From contig CAZSXP010000002.1 of assembly GCA_964610395.1 (NCBI GenBank), positions 10,192 through 74,191 of the forward strand: a stretch of DNA of 64,000 nt, read 5' to 3'. Positions within the stretch are counted from its first letter, which is position 1. Each line of letters begins with the position of its first letter. The notes beneath the pieces were generated by a model that was not told the origin of the DNA, did no database searches, and saw only the letters and a program-made list of their open reading frames with translations. This stretch comes from an uncultured Gammaproteobacteria bacterium. Lineage in GTDB: Bacteria > Patescibacteriota > Microgenomatia > UBA8517. This document shows positions 8,906 to 19,317 of this stretch, in pieces. The translations under genes were made by a program, and so were the position numbers.

Positions 8906-9528
8906 CTTACTCTCCCCTCTATTGCTTCTTGTTGTTCTTCTGTTCGAAGGTCTTGTAAAACTTTTGCAACTTTGTCAGGATATGGAACTGCTAAAAAATC
9001 AAAATTGGGAACTTCGGAGGCTGTTTGGATCATTACATCACCATAATTGAAAAGTGTTCTTATTACCCCTCCCATTTTATAGGTAACATCTTGAATTTTA
9101 TCAATATTGGCGTCACTTACTTCTTTATAAATTAAATTATAAAAATCAATGTCAATTATTCTTTCGTCAGTAACTATATAAACATTAAAAAACCAAGTTA
9201 AAAAACTCTCTAATATGTAAGCTGTAGTTATTAAATACCAAATCATTATAAAGATAAATCTAAAATTAGAAGGTACTGATTCTAGAATTGACAAAGACAT
9301 CACAACAGTTGGAGTTAAAAGCATAATAAATCCTGTAAAAATCCAAGGGATGTTTGTAATAAAATGTTTTCTTAAAAAAAGAATTACTTTTTCTTCCTTT
9401 TCTCTTGTTTCAAAATTAATACCATGAGGAACCATTAAAAAAGAGGCAAGTGGATATCTTTCTTGCATCGGAAGATCTTTGTATAAAGCTTTCTTTCCTT
9501 TTTTAGAAGATACAAAAACATCTGGCAT
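8902..9528 (-). CDS. bacterial PH-domain membrane protein
   Basis: 2 TM helices, YIVTDERIID...IQDVT...FNYGDVMIQTA. Confidence 0.85.
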   Translation of the reverse strand: MPDVFVSSKKGKKALYKDLPMQERYPLASFLMVPHGINFETREKEEKVILFLRKHFITNIPWIFTGFIMLLTPTVVMSLSILESVPSNFRFIFIMIWYLITTAYILESFLTWFFNVYIVTDERIIDIDFYNLIYKEVSDANIDKIQDVTYKMGGVIRTLFNYGDVMIQTASEVPNFDFLAVPYPDKVAKVLQDLRTEEQQEAIEGRVR

Positions 9529-9545
9529 AGATCTATTATATCAGA

Positions 9546-11234
9546 TCAAATCTTTTCGATGTTAAATAATGACGATTTAATACCAATATATCCAGGTGCT
9601 CTTAAATTAAATGCTTTTTTAAATTCATCTCCTGTCATGTTGACACTTCCTTTATTTGTTCCAAAACTTACGGATTGTGTTGTGCCGTTATTATTATAAA
9701 TAACTGACACAGACGAGACTGAGGTAAAACCACCAATCTCTGAGAGATCATTCATTGAATACGGATTTCCACCCCAACAAGATGTATCAACAGGAGAAAT
9801 TCTACTTACATCCCCTCCTCCTGAGGTTAAAACTTTCCAAGCATTTAAAATGTCAGCCAGTTCTTCTGATTTTAACCATGGATTTGATTTGCCACAGGTT
9901 GATCCTCCTCTTGATTTATACCATGCTTTATAAAACCATGGTGATCCACCAACTTTTTCGTATGCAGTTGAGGGCCAATCTCCTGATGTATCTCTAATTC
10001 CATTCCATCCCCACTGAGAGATTGTAAAACCACCAGAAGAAGCTGCATAATAGGTTTTTGCAAGTGCACCATCTTTTTTAAGAACCCATCCACGTGTTAC
10101 ACGTACAGCTTCTGCCCATTTACCAGATTTGAGTTGAGATTTATAAACCTGACAAGATTCAGTCGTGCAGATATTTCCTGCGCCATTATTTGTATAATTT
10201 AAAGCGTAAGTACGAGCCGCGACAGCCTGGGCCTTGAGGGCCTCAAAACCCCCATTATCGCCCCAGCTTTCAGGGACTTCATAAATACCTAATAGGTAAT
10301 TTTCCTCGAACGCTACACGTCCAATCCCCGTAACTCCAATTGTCGCTGGTACTGGGTATGATTTTTCTAAAGTTGAACCTTGATAGTATGCAGATAAAAT
10401 AGCTTCAGCGTTTTGTCCTGATTTACTTCTTCCGTATGCCCCATATTGACTCATTCCAGTTCTGTGTGGTGCCCCAAAAGAAAAAGCTGCAAAAGCTGGA
10501 GAAAACCCAGGATTACAAAAATTTGATGAGTTTGGAGGACCAGAACACGGCTCTAAAGTTCCAGGAGTATCTCCAACAGAAGTTGAAAAACCACCGGCTT
10601 TCAAGGCCTGTAAATTTTGTTGTTTTGAACTAAGTGTACTTAAATACCCCTCGACTTTGCTTACTTCTCCTGCCAAAAATTTTTCATTCTCAGCTACTTT
10701 TGATTTTAAAACTGCTAACGTTGATTTTGATTTTTCCAAATTTTCTTTGTCAGTTTTTAACTTTCCTAAATCATCTGCATATTTTTCCATTTGTTTACGG
10801 TCGCTGTCTGCAGCTTTTTGCCTAAAATTAACTTCTCGAAACGCAGAAGTTGCGTCATTTGATGCTATAAACGGCATAATTGGGTCGTATAATCTTAAAA
10901 AGATATAGCTACTTTTTGTTTTTTCTTCAAAAAGTATTTTTGCATATCCTAAGTCATCTTCTCTATCTTTAATATTTATTTCGTTTTTCTTTAATTGAAT
11001 AGACAAACTATCAATTTTTTTGTTTAAAGATGTAATTTGGTTTCGTAAATTATTAAGCTCAGTTTTGTTTTTTTCTTGAGCAGGAGATAACGCATCAATT
11101 TCTCTTTGAATTCCATCTATTTGACACTGAAGGTCAGATCCGCAGTCTTGTGCCTCTGCAACTGAATTAATAATTAAAAAATAAGAAATAAGAATTATAA
11201 ACAAAACAACAAATAATTTAATAACCTTAGACAT
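9546..11234 (-). CDS. SpoIID/LytB-domain peptidoglycan lytic enzyme with N-terminal coiled coil
   Basis: Signal peptide, long coiled coil, H..GMSQYGA, EALKAQAVAARTYA, ICTTESCQVY. Confidence 0.88.
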   Translation of the reverse strand: MSKVIKLFVVLFIILISYFLIINSVAEAQDCGSDLQCQIDGIQREIDALSPAQEKNKTELNNLRNQITSLNKKIDSLSIQLKKNEINIKDREDDLGYAKILFEEKTKSSYIFLRLYDPIMPFIASNDATSAFREVNFRQKAADSDRKQMEKYADDLGKLKTDKENLEKSKSTLAVLKSKVAENEKFLAGEVSKVEGYLSTLSSKQQNLQALKAGGFSTSVGDTPGTLEPCSGPPNSSNFCNPGFSPAFAAFSFGAPHRTGMSQYGAYGRSKSGQNAEAILSAYYQGSTLEKSYPVPATIGVTGIGRVAFEENYLLGIYEVPESWGDNGGFEALKAQAVAARTYALNYTNNGAGNICTTESCQVYKSQLKSGKWAEAVRVTRGWVLKKDGALAKTYYAASSGGFTISQWGWNGIRDTSGDWPSTAYEKVGGSPWFYKAWYKSRGGSTCGKSNPWLKSEELADILNAWKVLTSGGGDVSRISPVDTSCWGGNPYSMNDLSEIGGFTSVSSVSVIYNNNGTTQSVSFGTNKGSVNMTGDEFKKAFNLRAPGYIGIKSSLFNIEKI

Positions 11235-11274
11235 CTATTTATTATAGCAGTTGATATGTGTTAAAATTTGGAAG

Positions 11275-11634
11275 ATGAAAAAAATAATTCTAAGTCTATT
11301 TCTATTTTTAGCTATATTCTCCACAAATGTGGTTAAAACTTCAGCACAACTTAGTGATTGTGGAATTGATACTGCCATTGGATGTATACCAGTTTCTGAT
11401 ACAAATGAATTTATGGGGTGGATATTGGGTTGGGCAGTTGGAGTTGGTGGTGGAATTGCATTTTTACTAATTGTTTATGCTAGTTTTATGGTAATGACAA
11501 GTCAAGGAGTTCCAGATAGATTAAAGGCGGGACAAGAATTACTAACATCAGCAATTTCAGGTTTGATTATGTTAATTTTCTCAGTCTTTATACTAAATTT
11601 TATAGGAATTGATATACTAGGTATATTTACATAA
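11275..11634 (+). CDS. VirB2/TrbC-like pilin 1
   Basis: Signal peptide, IDTAIGCIP, two TM helices flanking MTSQG.P..LKAGQELLTSAI.G. Confidence 0.82.
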   Translation: MKKIILSLFLFLAIFSTNVVKTSAQLSDCGIDTAIGCIPVSDTNEFMGWILGWAVGVGGGIAFLLIVYASFMVMTSQGVPDRLKAGQELLTSAISGLIMLIFSVFILNFIGIDILGIFT

Positions 11635-11958
11635 ATGCAAGATTCACCATTTAAAGACATTGACATAGATACTGTTGGTAGTCCTGTCGTTGATATAAAC
11701 AGCGACAATTTAGATTTTGGATCAATAATTACTGGAGTTTTGCCCTACATTTTTGCTATAGCAGGTGTAGTTTTACTTTTTAATATTATCTCATCTGGAC
11801 TTAAAATGATGACGTCAGTTGGAGATCCAAAAGTAATGCAGGCAGCACAAGCAAAACTTACAACGTCAGTGATTGGAATTTTAATTTTATTTACATCATT
11901 TTGGATAGTAAAGCTTATAATGCAATTTATTGGTTTTAATGTGGTCTTATTTAATTAA
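11635..11958 (+). CDS. VirB2/TrbC-like pilin 2
   Basis: G..MMTSVGDPK..QAAQAKLT..VIG pilin motif. Confidence 0.82.
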   Translation: MQDSPFKDIDIDTVGSPVVDINSDNLDFGSIITGVLPYIFAIAGVVLLFNIISSGLKMMTSVGDPKVMQAAQAKLTTSVIGILILFTSFWIVKLIMQFIGFNVVLFN

Positions 11959-11960
11959 TA

Positions 11961-12281
11961 ATGAAAAACTTAGCAATTAATATTGGTACAACTTTTTTAA
12001 ATGACACTCGTGGTGATTTATATAGAGTTGATAGTATAAGTAGATATGTTTCTGCAATCATTACAGGTGCAATTTCAATTGCAGGAATAATTTTATTATT
12101 TATTTTAATTGGTGGTGGTATTGGAATGATTTCAGGGGCTGGGAAATCAGATCCTCAAACTGTTGAAAAGGGTAAAAAAGCAGCAACTTCTGCCCTAATC
12201 GGCTTCATAGTTGTATTTTGCTCATATTGGATAGTAAAATTGATAGAGCAAATTACAGGACTATCTTTAATATCACTTTAA
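11961..12281 (+). CDS. VirB2/TrbC-like pilin 3
   Basis: GG..MISGAG..DP..VEKGKKAATSALIG. Confidence 0.82.
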   Translation: MKNLAINIGTTFLNDTRGDLYRVDSISRYVSAIITGAISIAGIILLFILIGGGIGMISGAGKSDPQTVEKGKKAATSALIGFIVVFCSYWIVKLIEQITGLSLISL

Positions 12282-12283
12282 CT

Positions 12284-12634
12284 ATGCAAAATTTAATAGC
12301 AGAAAATCCGTTTGGTGAAGTAACAATTCCAGCTGGTCTTTCTAGTTATGGTACGGAGCCAGGCCCTGCTTTTGGAAAATTAATCCAATTTGGGCTTAGG
12401 GCTTTAATAGTTGGTGCAGGTATCTATGCCCTATTTAATTTAGTTCTTGCAGGTTATGCTTTTATGTCTGCAGGAGATGATAGCAAAAAAGTTGCAGGTG
12501 CTTGGAGCCAAATTAGTCAGACATTAATCGGCCTTGCCTTTGCAGCTGGTGCATTTGTCTTAGCAGCCATAATAGGACAATTGATATTTAAAAACCCACT
12601 ATTTTTACTCAACCCAGTAATACCTGAACCATGA
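12284..12634 (+). CDS. VirB2/TrbC-like pilin 4
   Basis: AG..FMSAGDDSKKVAGAW..I..TLIG; ATG at 12284. Confidence 0.82.
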   Translation: MQNLIAENPFGEVTIPAGLSSYGTEPGPAFGKLIQFGLRALIVGAGIYALFNLVLAGYAFMSAGDDSKKVAGAWSQISQTLIGLAFAAGAFVLAAIIGQLIFKNPLFLLNPVIPEP

Positions 12635-12993
12635 TGAATAAAATTGCACAAATAAAACTTTCACCCGACGGAGGATATAAAGGCTTTGGGCCCTTGGGGC
12701 TTGAACAAGGTCAAAATGGTATATCTGTTTTTGCAACATTTATTTCTTCTGCAGTTGGACTTATAACAATAATCGGTATTATCTGGGTAGTTTTTATAAT
12801 AGTAACTGGATCGGTTAGTATTATAACCTCAGGTGGAGATAAGCAAGCCCTTGAGGCTGCAAGAAAAAGGATTGCAAATGGCATAATTGGACTTGTAGTA
12901 TTAATTTCATCACTATTTATACTGTCGTTAATTGGAAAGTTAATTGGATTACCAAGCATATTAGACATTGCAACTATGATTGGATTACTATGA
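12631..12993 (+). CDS. VirB2/TrbC-like pilin 5
   Basis: ITSGGDKQALEAARKRIANGIIG. Confidence 0.82.
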   Translation: MMNKIAQIKLSPDGGYKGFGPLGLEQGQNGISVFATFISSAVGLITIIGIIWVVFIIVTGSVSIITSGGDKQALEAARKRIANGIIGLVVLISSLFILSLIGKLIGLPSILDIATMIGLL

Positions 12994-13367
12994 ACACTAA
13001 TTCACTATTAGCTGGGGCTGGCGTTACTGGAGATGGAAAAATCTCTAATCCCGCCATCGGAAACACACTTAATCAGATGTTGCTTAATTTACCTGAGTTT
13101 TATTTTGCTGATTTAATCAGTAGAACTATTGGTCTTTTATTTGTTTTTGGAGCACTTGCTTTTTTCTTTATGTTTCTTTGGGGGGCAATTACTTGGATAT
13201 TATCTGGTGGGGATAAAGCTCATGTTGAAAACGCTAGAGGTAGAATTACAAACGCTTTAATTGGTTTTGTATTAATGATTGCAACATTTGCAATAGTAAA
13301 ACTTATAGAAGCCTTTTTTGGAATTGATATTTTGTCTATTGACATAGGGCCTTTAGTCATTCAATAA
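12990..13367 (+). CDS. VirB2/TrbC-like pilin 6
   Basis: WILSGGDKAHVENARGRITNALIG. Confidence 0.82.
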   Translation: MNTNSLLAGAGVTGDGKISNPAIGNTLNQMLLNLPEFYFADLISRTIGLLFVFGALAFFFMFLWGAITWILSGGDKAHVENARGRITNALIGFVLMIATFAIVKLIEAFFGIDILSIDIGPLVIQ

Positions 13368-13380
13368 TACATATATAAAC

Positions 13381-13737
13381 ATGAATTTACTTGCAAGCGC
13401 AAATTATATAGCTCAAACAACAATTGATATTGGCAATAAAACAAAGTTGGGTGGTTTTGGTAATGCAACAGATTTAAGAATTGAGAATATGGTTTCAGGT
13501 TTTATTGGATTGATTTTAGTAATTGCAGGTTTAGCTTTCTTCTTTATTTTAGTTATTGGTGGAATTAAGTGGATTGTCTCAGGAGGAGACAAAGCTCACA
13601 CAGAAGGTGCTAGAAATCAAATTACAGCGGCTCTTGTCGGTTTAGTTATAGTTTTCTCTGCTTGGGCAATAGTTGCATTAATCAAATCATTCTTTGGAAT
13701 AGATCTTTTAAAGCTAACTATTCCATCTGGACAATAA
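13381..13737 (+). CDS. VirB2/TrbC-like pilin 7
   Basis: WIVSGGDKAHTEGARNQITAALVG. Confidence 0.82.
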   Translation: MNLLASANYIAQTTIDIGNKTKLGGFGNATDLRIENMVSGFIGLILVIAGLAFFFILVIGGIKWIVSGGDKAHTEGARNQITAALVGLVIVFSAWAIVALIKSFFGIDLLKLTIPSGQ

Positions 13738-13786
13738 ATAATCTTCTCTTGCTCAATTTTATTCTTTAGTCTAAACTTACTTTTAT

Positions 13787-14065
13787 ATGGCAAGTCCTGC
13801 ACCGTTATCAGCATTAGAAGACGTTTTTGGAAGTGTAGTTACTTCCCTTCTTGCGTTAGGTGGAATAGTTTTATTTTTAATGCTTCTGTCGGGTGGGTTT
13901 AAATATTTAACGTCTGGAGGTGACCCAAAGGCAGTAGAAGGGGCAAAAAACACATTAACTTATGCAATAGGTGGTTTAGTTCTTTTGGCCTTCTCATATT
14001 TGATTTTAGTCATTATCGGAACATTTACAGGAGCCGATGTCACTAATTTTGTGATTACTAAATGA
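13787..14065 (+). CDS. VirB2/TrbC-like pilin 8
   Basis: GFKYLTSGGDPKAVEGAKNTLTYAIGG. Confidence 0.85.
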   Translation: MASPAPLSALEDVFGSVVTSLLALGGIVLFLMLLSGGFKYLTSGGDPKAVEGAKNTLTYAIGGLVLLAFSYLILVIIGTFTGADVTNFVITK

Positions 14066-16602
14066 AAACACTGCCTAAATTCTTTCTACCACGTAGTGGC
14101 AAGCTTTGCTTATTTTTATTCGTCGCAGTTTCACTCTTCACTATTCACTATTCACTATTCACTCAATCAGCAATAGCCGACATCGAGGCTTTTCCACAAA
14201 TTGGGTATCCATGCGACGGTCCTGGTCTTGATCCAGAATTTCATTCACTTCGTCCATATCAAGCTGCTGTCTGTGGTGATGCAAACAAGGCATTGTATTG
14301 TAGCAATGAATTAAAATTTATTGAATCATTTGATTTAACTCGTGAATGCGATATAAATGGTCATACTAGTGATTTTGATTGTAATCCTAATTTTAATGTT
14401 GATGAACATAATTTATATGTTGAACTAACAGATTCAATGTTTCCTATCATGGGAAATACAGAAGATACTTTTGATGATGCACAAAAAGTAAATGAATATG
14501 CAAGTTGGTATTTATCAGGTGTTAATAATCGAGCAGAATATGGAGAAAATACAGATGAACGAGTTGTTAATTTCTCAGGCCCAATCCAAAAACTTTTACC
14601 ATCAATGATTCAAGATGCTCAAAGAATTTCCACAATTGCCTCTGCTTCAGCATTAACAACCTATATAGATGAAGACACTCAACAAGAGGTTGAAAATGAA
14701 CCATTAAATCATAATCAAATAGTTGTTTGTGCAAAAGAAGAAGGTCTTGGATGGCTTGGAGATTTATTAGGTATTGGAGTGACAAATCCAAAACCTTGTT
14801 ATAGTAATGACAAATATAGACTTAAAGAATGGAATGATGATTTATCTATTTTTAATGGAATATTAAACAGAATTGGAACTGATATATGGAATAAAAGGAC
14901 TCCTCCACTTCCATGGGCAGATAAAAATGGAGACCCATTTGAAAGCCAACAGGCATATCAAAAAGCATATAACGAATGGCGAGGTGAATCTTGTGCAAAA
15001 ATTCCTTTTATTGACCTTCTGTTATGTATAGATAATCCATTTGTCCCAAACAAGTGGGCGGACTTATATCAATATATTCCCCTATCAAATACAACAGATA
15101 AAAAAGGTGCGGAGAGAATTTTAGATGTTATGTTTAAACCATCAAATGGAACAGAAATTGCAAATGAAAAATATGATGAGGCAAATAAAAAAAGTGCTCC
15201 ACTTTATTTTGCACATACGGAGGAAGTCAAAGAATCATCAAAATTATTAAATACAACATACCTTCCAAAAGATTACGAGAGTGAACCTTTACCTGAAACA
15301 ACAGAAAAAAATGTATGTAGTGCAGTTAATGTCAGAACAAACAAGGGCGATAATTTATTTCCGGGTGATAGGGCAGGGACAAAAGATGAAATTGTAATCC
15401 CTGGTGTTACGTATGACATAACCCAGGTTTTGTGTAAAGTTACTAAAACAACAGTTCCAATAATAGATCACGTAACTAAAAAGATAATAGGATACAAAGA
15501 TGTTTATACACACCATTGTAATGCAGAAGTTATACTGGTTGTCCCAACAGATATTAAAGTTCCAAATGCTGATGAAATTTATTCAACGACAGTTGCAGAT
15601 TCTGGTAGTACTTTTAGAAAAATATTTCCGAAAGTAGAGGACGGCGCACCAGTAACTTGTATTGCTGATATTCCAGCAGTTACTGGAGTTACTTATAATG
15701 CTGAGAGGAGCGAAACTCCAAACAAAGGGACTTTGGAATTTAAAGTTAAAAGTTATCCTGAAGATGGAGCAGGTAATAACCCAGAATTAACTTTCCCACA
15801 TATTGGTTCAGTTTATGAATATTTCTTAAAAGGAATTCAAACTGCCCTTAGGCCTAAAGGCTACGGCGAACCAATTGCTGATGGAACACTTTGTAAGCCA
15901 TCCTTGGCCTGTGGTGAATTGCCCGAACTTCCAAAAGCATCAGGGTCATGCAATTTGGGTGGAATAAGCTCAAGGGTTGGAGATATCCCCCAATCATTAA
16001 AAGACATCGTTTCAGCAGCAGCAGAAACATACAAAGTCCCACCAAATTTAATTTTGGGTATTATGTATGGAGAGGGACTTTTTAATCCGGGTAGGTTCGA
16101 TTGGACAGATGAAAATGTAAAAAATTGGGCAACTTGCACTCCAGTTCCAGGTTGTCAAACAAGTGGAGATGATCATTTTATGGGTTTCAATGGAAATACT
16201 TGGCAAAATGTTGCCAAAAAAATTAAACCTGATCTACAAAAACTCGATCCTGATCGCGGAGAACCAAATGTTTGTAATTTACTCGATGCTGTTTATGGTT
16301 TGGCGTGGAATCTTTATGACAGTGCCGACGGGGGAATGGCTTTTCAATGTTTCGGGAAAGATTTACAAGCTTCTATTCCATCTTCTTGTACATGGAATGA
16401 TAATCAATATATATCCGCAATAAAAATTGCTGAAAATGGTTATGAAAATGGGTGTTTTACTCTCAAAAATAGTTGTGCTACTGGTGGCGGTTATGCTGCA
16501 CTTTGTCCAGGTGGTGGAGATACTTGTGAGACAATAACTAATAGAGATCCATCTGCCCCATCACACATGGGTTGTGTTTTTGACGTTGCTAAAGGTAAGT
16601 AA
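14062..16602 (+). CDS. large Cys-rich secreted protein with C-terminal lysozyme/transglycosylase-like domain
   Basis: Signal-like N-terminus; IVSAAAETYKVPPNLILGIMYGE resembles the SLT catalytic helix; coupled to the pilin array. Confidence 0.65.
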   Translation: MKTLPKFFLPRSGKLCLFLFVAVSLFTIHYSLFTQSAIADIEAFPQIGYPCDGPGLDPEFHSLRPYQAAVCGDANKALYCSNELKFIESFDLTRECDINGHTSDFDCNPNFNVDEHNLYVELTDSMFPIMGNTEDTFDDAQKVNEYASWYLSGVNNRAEYGENTDERVVNFSGPIQKLLPSMIQDAQRISTIASASALTTYIDEDTQQEVENEPLNHNQIVVCAKEEGLGWLGDLLGIGVTNPKPCYSNDKYRLKEWNDDLSIFNGILNRIGTDIWNKRTPPLPWADKNGDPFESQQAYQKAYNEWRGESCAKIPFIDLLLCIDNPFVPNKWADLYQYIPLSNTTDKKGAERILDVMFKPSNGTEIANEKYDEANKKSAPLYFAHTEEVKESSKLLNTTYLPKDYESEPLPETTEKNVCSAVNVRTNKGDNLFPGDRAGTKDEIVIPGVTYDITQVLCKVTKTTVPIIDHVTKKIIGYKDVYTHHCNAEVILVVPTDIKVPNADEIYSTTVADSGSTFRKIFPKVEDGAPVTCIADIPAVTGVTYNAERSETPNKGTLEFKVKSYPEDGAGNNPELTFPHIGSVYEYFLKGIQTALRPKGYGEPIADGTLCKPSLACGELPELPKASGSCNLGGISSRVGDIPQSLKDIVSAAAETYKVPPNLILGIMYGEGLFNPGRFDWTDENVKNWATCTPVPGCQTSGDDHFMGFNGNTWQNVAKKIKPDLQKLDPDRGEPNVCNLLDAVYGLAWNLYDSADGGMAFQCFGKDLQASIPSSCTWNDNQYISAIKIAENGYENGCFTLKNSCATGGGYAALCPGGGDTCETITNRDPSAPSHMGCVFDVAKGK

Positions 16603-17388
16603 TCAACTTAAAAAATATTTTCCTCCACTTTCAATAATCATCCCTTTAATCCCCATAATTGATAAGGTAGATCCAATTTCTACAACACTTGCTCCTAATT
16701 TCTGTGCAATCTCATCAATTTCCATTGGTTCTAGTTGTAAAATCTTATATATTTGTTCTTCTTGTTTGTTTTCAAAAATCATATCTAATATTTCTACTTT
16801 CTTCTTTTTTATTCTTAGTATATCTGCCGCACTTGTGGCCATTTGGGCGTCGCCTGATTTTATTAATTCATTACATCCAACAGAAACGGAAGAATTAATT
16901 GACCCAGGAACTGCCCAAACTTTTTTGCTCATTTTCTTAGCTATTTTTGCAGTGACTAAACTACCACTATTTTCTCCTGCCTCAATTACCAAAACACCCA
17001 AGCTTGCAAGCCCTGCAACTATTTTATTTCTTTGTGGAAATTTCCAGAGATGAGGTTTGGCATTGTCTTCATATTCGGAAACTACAGATCCACCTGTTTT
17101 TATAATTTCTTTATATAATTTTTCATTTTCAGCTGGGTAAATTACATCCAAACCACAACCAAAAACTGCAATTGTTTTTCCTCCATAATCAACAGTTTTT
17201 TGATGAACTTCAGTGTCCACCCCATACATAAAACCAGAAATTGTAGTTATTCCATTCATCACAAAATCACTAATAAATTTATCAACGACTTCTCTACCAT
17301 ATCTAGTCATTCTTCTAGAACCAACAATAGCTATTGAGTTTTTATTAATTGTAATAGGGTCTACTCCCCTAAAATGTAAGGTTTTCAT
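16603..17388 (-). CDS. dprA: DNA-processing protein DprA
   Basis: IAIVGSR, ISGFMYGVD, FPQRNKIVAGL, VIEAGENSGSL.TA, C-terminal wHTH. Confidence 0.95.
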   Translation of the reverse strand: MKTLHFRGVDPITINKNSIAIVGSRRMTRYGREVVDKFISDFVMNGITTISGFMYGVDTEVHQKTVDYGGKTIAVFGCGLDVIYPAENEKLYKEIIKTGGSVVSEYEDNAKPHLWKFPQRNKIVAGLASLGVLVIEAGENSGSLVTAKIAKKMSKKVWAVPGSINSSVSVGCNELIKSGDAQMATSAADILRIKKKKVEILDMIFENKQEEQIYKILQLEPMEIDEIAQKLGASVVEIGSTLSIMGIKGMIIESGGKYFLS

Positions 17389-17734
17389 AGTGTGTGATTC
17401 TGTCTGTTTCTTCTACAATACATACTGCATCTATTTGGTATCTGTCGAAACTTTTAGCAATGTCAGGATTTGTTAATAAATACATTTCTGCAGTTCTTCG
17501 AACTTGCATGAGTTTATTTTTTCCTATCATTTCTTCAGGAGTTCCATAATCTTCTGTACTTTTTAGTTTCACTTCTACAAAAACGAGTATCTCGTTTTTG
17601 GAAACAATTATGTCTAGTTCACCCCATTTAGTTGAATTATTTTTATCTAAAATCTTATATCCTCTATCTTCTAGCCATTTAGCCGCCATATCTTCCCCCT
17701 CTTTTCCTTTAAGTTTGTTAAATTGCTTAATCAT
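17369..17734 (-). CDS. yraN: YraN family nuclease
   Basis: G..GE..A..WL...GY.I, GELDII, LVFVEVK. Confidence 0.93.
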   Translation of the reverse strand: MIKQFNKLKGKEGEDMAAKWLEDRGYKILDKNNSTKWGELDIIVSKNEILVFVEVKLKSTEDYGTPEEMIGKNKLMQVRRTAEMYLLTNPDIAKSFDRYQIDAVCIVEETDRITHYENLTF

Positions 17735-19265
17735 TTGTTCTCACTCTATATTGAAGTGCTTCTGCTACATGATTTGGATGTATTTTTTTCGAATCGGCAA
17801 GATCCGCAATTGTTTGACTGACTTTTATAAGTCTAAAATAAGTTCTGGCTGATAAATTGTAAGTATTAACTGCCTGCTTAAGCAGCAGTAAAGCATCTGG
17901 CGTTATATCTACAAATTTTTTAATATGTTTATTTTTCATATTTGAATTTGTATAAATATTTAAACCCTTAAATCTTTTATTTTGAATTTCTCTTGCCTTT
18001 ATTACCTGTTCTCGTATCTGTTTTGAGTTGTTAACTCTTCTTTCTTCTTTATTATTTATTAATTTGTTAATGTCGACGGCTGGTACATTTATGTGTAAAT
18101 CAATTCTATCCATCAGTGGACCCGACAGTTTACTTTGGTATTTCATAATCATACGAGGTGTACATTTGCATTCCTTTTTTGGGTCACCCAAGTATCCACA
18201 AGGGCAAGGATTAGCGGCAGCAATTAACATAAAACTAGCAGGAAAATTAACAGATCCTGCTATTCTTGTAATAGAAACTTCCCCATCTTCCATGGGTTGC
18301 CTTAATGCTTCAAGTGTTGACCTTGGAAATTCTGGAAATTCATCTAAAAACAAAACACCATTATGGGCAAGTGAAATTTCCCCTGGGTGTGGGTTTGTTC
18401 CTCCCCCAATTAACCCAATTCTACTAGTTGTATGGTGTGCAGTTCTAAATGGTCTTACTCTCACAAGTCCTTCACCTGCAGGGATTAAACCAGCTAGTGA
18501 AAATATTTTAGTAACTTCCAGTGCTTCTTCCTCATTAAGTGGCGGTAAAATGCCAGCTGAGGCCCTTGCAAGCATTGTTTTGCCGGCACCAGGAGATCCC
18601 ATCATAAAAATGTTATGTCCACCGGCTGCGGCAATAGTCATTGCTCTTTTTGCTGATTCTTGACCTATTATTTCATTAAAATCAAATTCGATTTGAGGTT
18701 CCTCAAATCGTCCCTCCGAAGCCTTGGCGGAGGAGGACATTTTCTTAATCTCTTTAACTCCATTTAAATGAGCAATTAATTCTAATAAAGATTTAACAGG
18801 ATAAACATTTATTCCAGATAAAACAGCAGCTTCGTTGGCCGAATCAAATGGCACAAATAAATTTTTAATTTTTAGAGCTTTTGCGGCCAGACCTAATAAA
18901 AACACACCCTTGGTGTGGCGGAGTCCTCCATCAAGTGATAGTTCACCATAAAAAAATGACTTTTCGGAAGGTAACTTCACATTTCCAAGTGAAGCTAAGA
19001 TTCCAATTGCAATTGGTAAATCATAAAGCGATCCTTCTTTTGGAATATCAGCAGGAGCAAGATTAACTACAATTTTTGAATTTGGAATATCGATATCAGA
19101 ATTAATTAAAGCAGTTTTTACTCTTTCTTTTGCCTCTTCTATTGATTTATTAGGAAGTCCTATTATAGAAAATCCAGGAAAACCTTTTTTAAAGACATTA
19201 ACCTCAACCTCTATTAAATTTGCTTCTAATCCAAAATGACTAGCAGATAGAATTTTAGTTAACAC
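17727..19265 (-). CDS. comM: ComM/YifB Mg-chelatase-like AAA+ helicase
   Basis: VNLAPAD..KEG..YDLPIA, GSPGAGKT, PGEISLAHNGVLFLDE, NPCPCG. Confidence 0.95.
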   Translation of the reverse strand: MLTKILSASHFGLEANLIEVEVNVFKKGFPGFSIIGLPNKSIEEAKERVKTALINSDIDIPNSKIVVNLAPADIPKEGSLYDLPIAIGILASLGNVKLPSEKSFFYGELSLDGGLRHTKGVFLLGLAAKALKIKNLFVPFDSANEAAVLSGINVYPVKSLLELIAHLNGVKEIKKMSSSAKASEGRFEEPQIEFDFNEIIGQESAKRAMTIAAAGGHNIFMMGSPGAGKTMLARASAGILPPLNEEEALEVTKIFSLAGLIPAGEGLVRVRPFRTAHHTTSRIGLIGGGTNPHPGEISLAHNGVLFLDEFPEFPRSTLEALRQPMEDGEVSITRIAGSVNFPASFMLIAAANPCPCGYLGDPKKECKCTPRMIMKYQSKLSGPLMDRIDLHINVPAVDINKLINNKEERRVNNSKQIREQVIKAREIQNKRFKGLNIYTNSNMKNKHIKKFVDITPDALLLLKQAVNTYNLSARTYFRLIKVSQTIADLADSKKIHPNHVAEALQYRVRTND

Positions 19266-19317
19266 TTTGATTTTAGTATGCTACTAAAAAAGTTCCTAAT
19301 CAATATGCACTAGGAAC

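Noticed and set aside
16574-18663. Long antisense ORFs (16574+, 18028+; similarly 21980-, 32100-, 34703+)
   Set aside because: They lie opposite well-supported genes and have shadow-like composition
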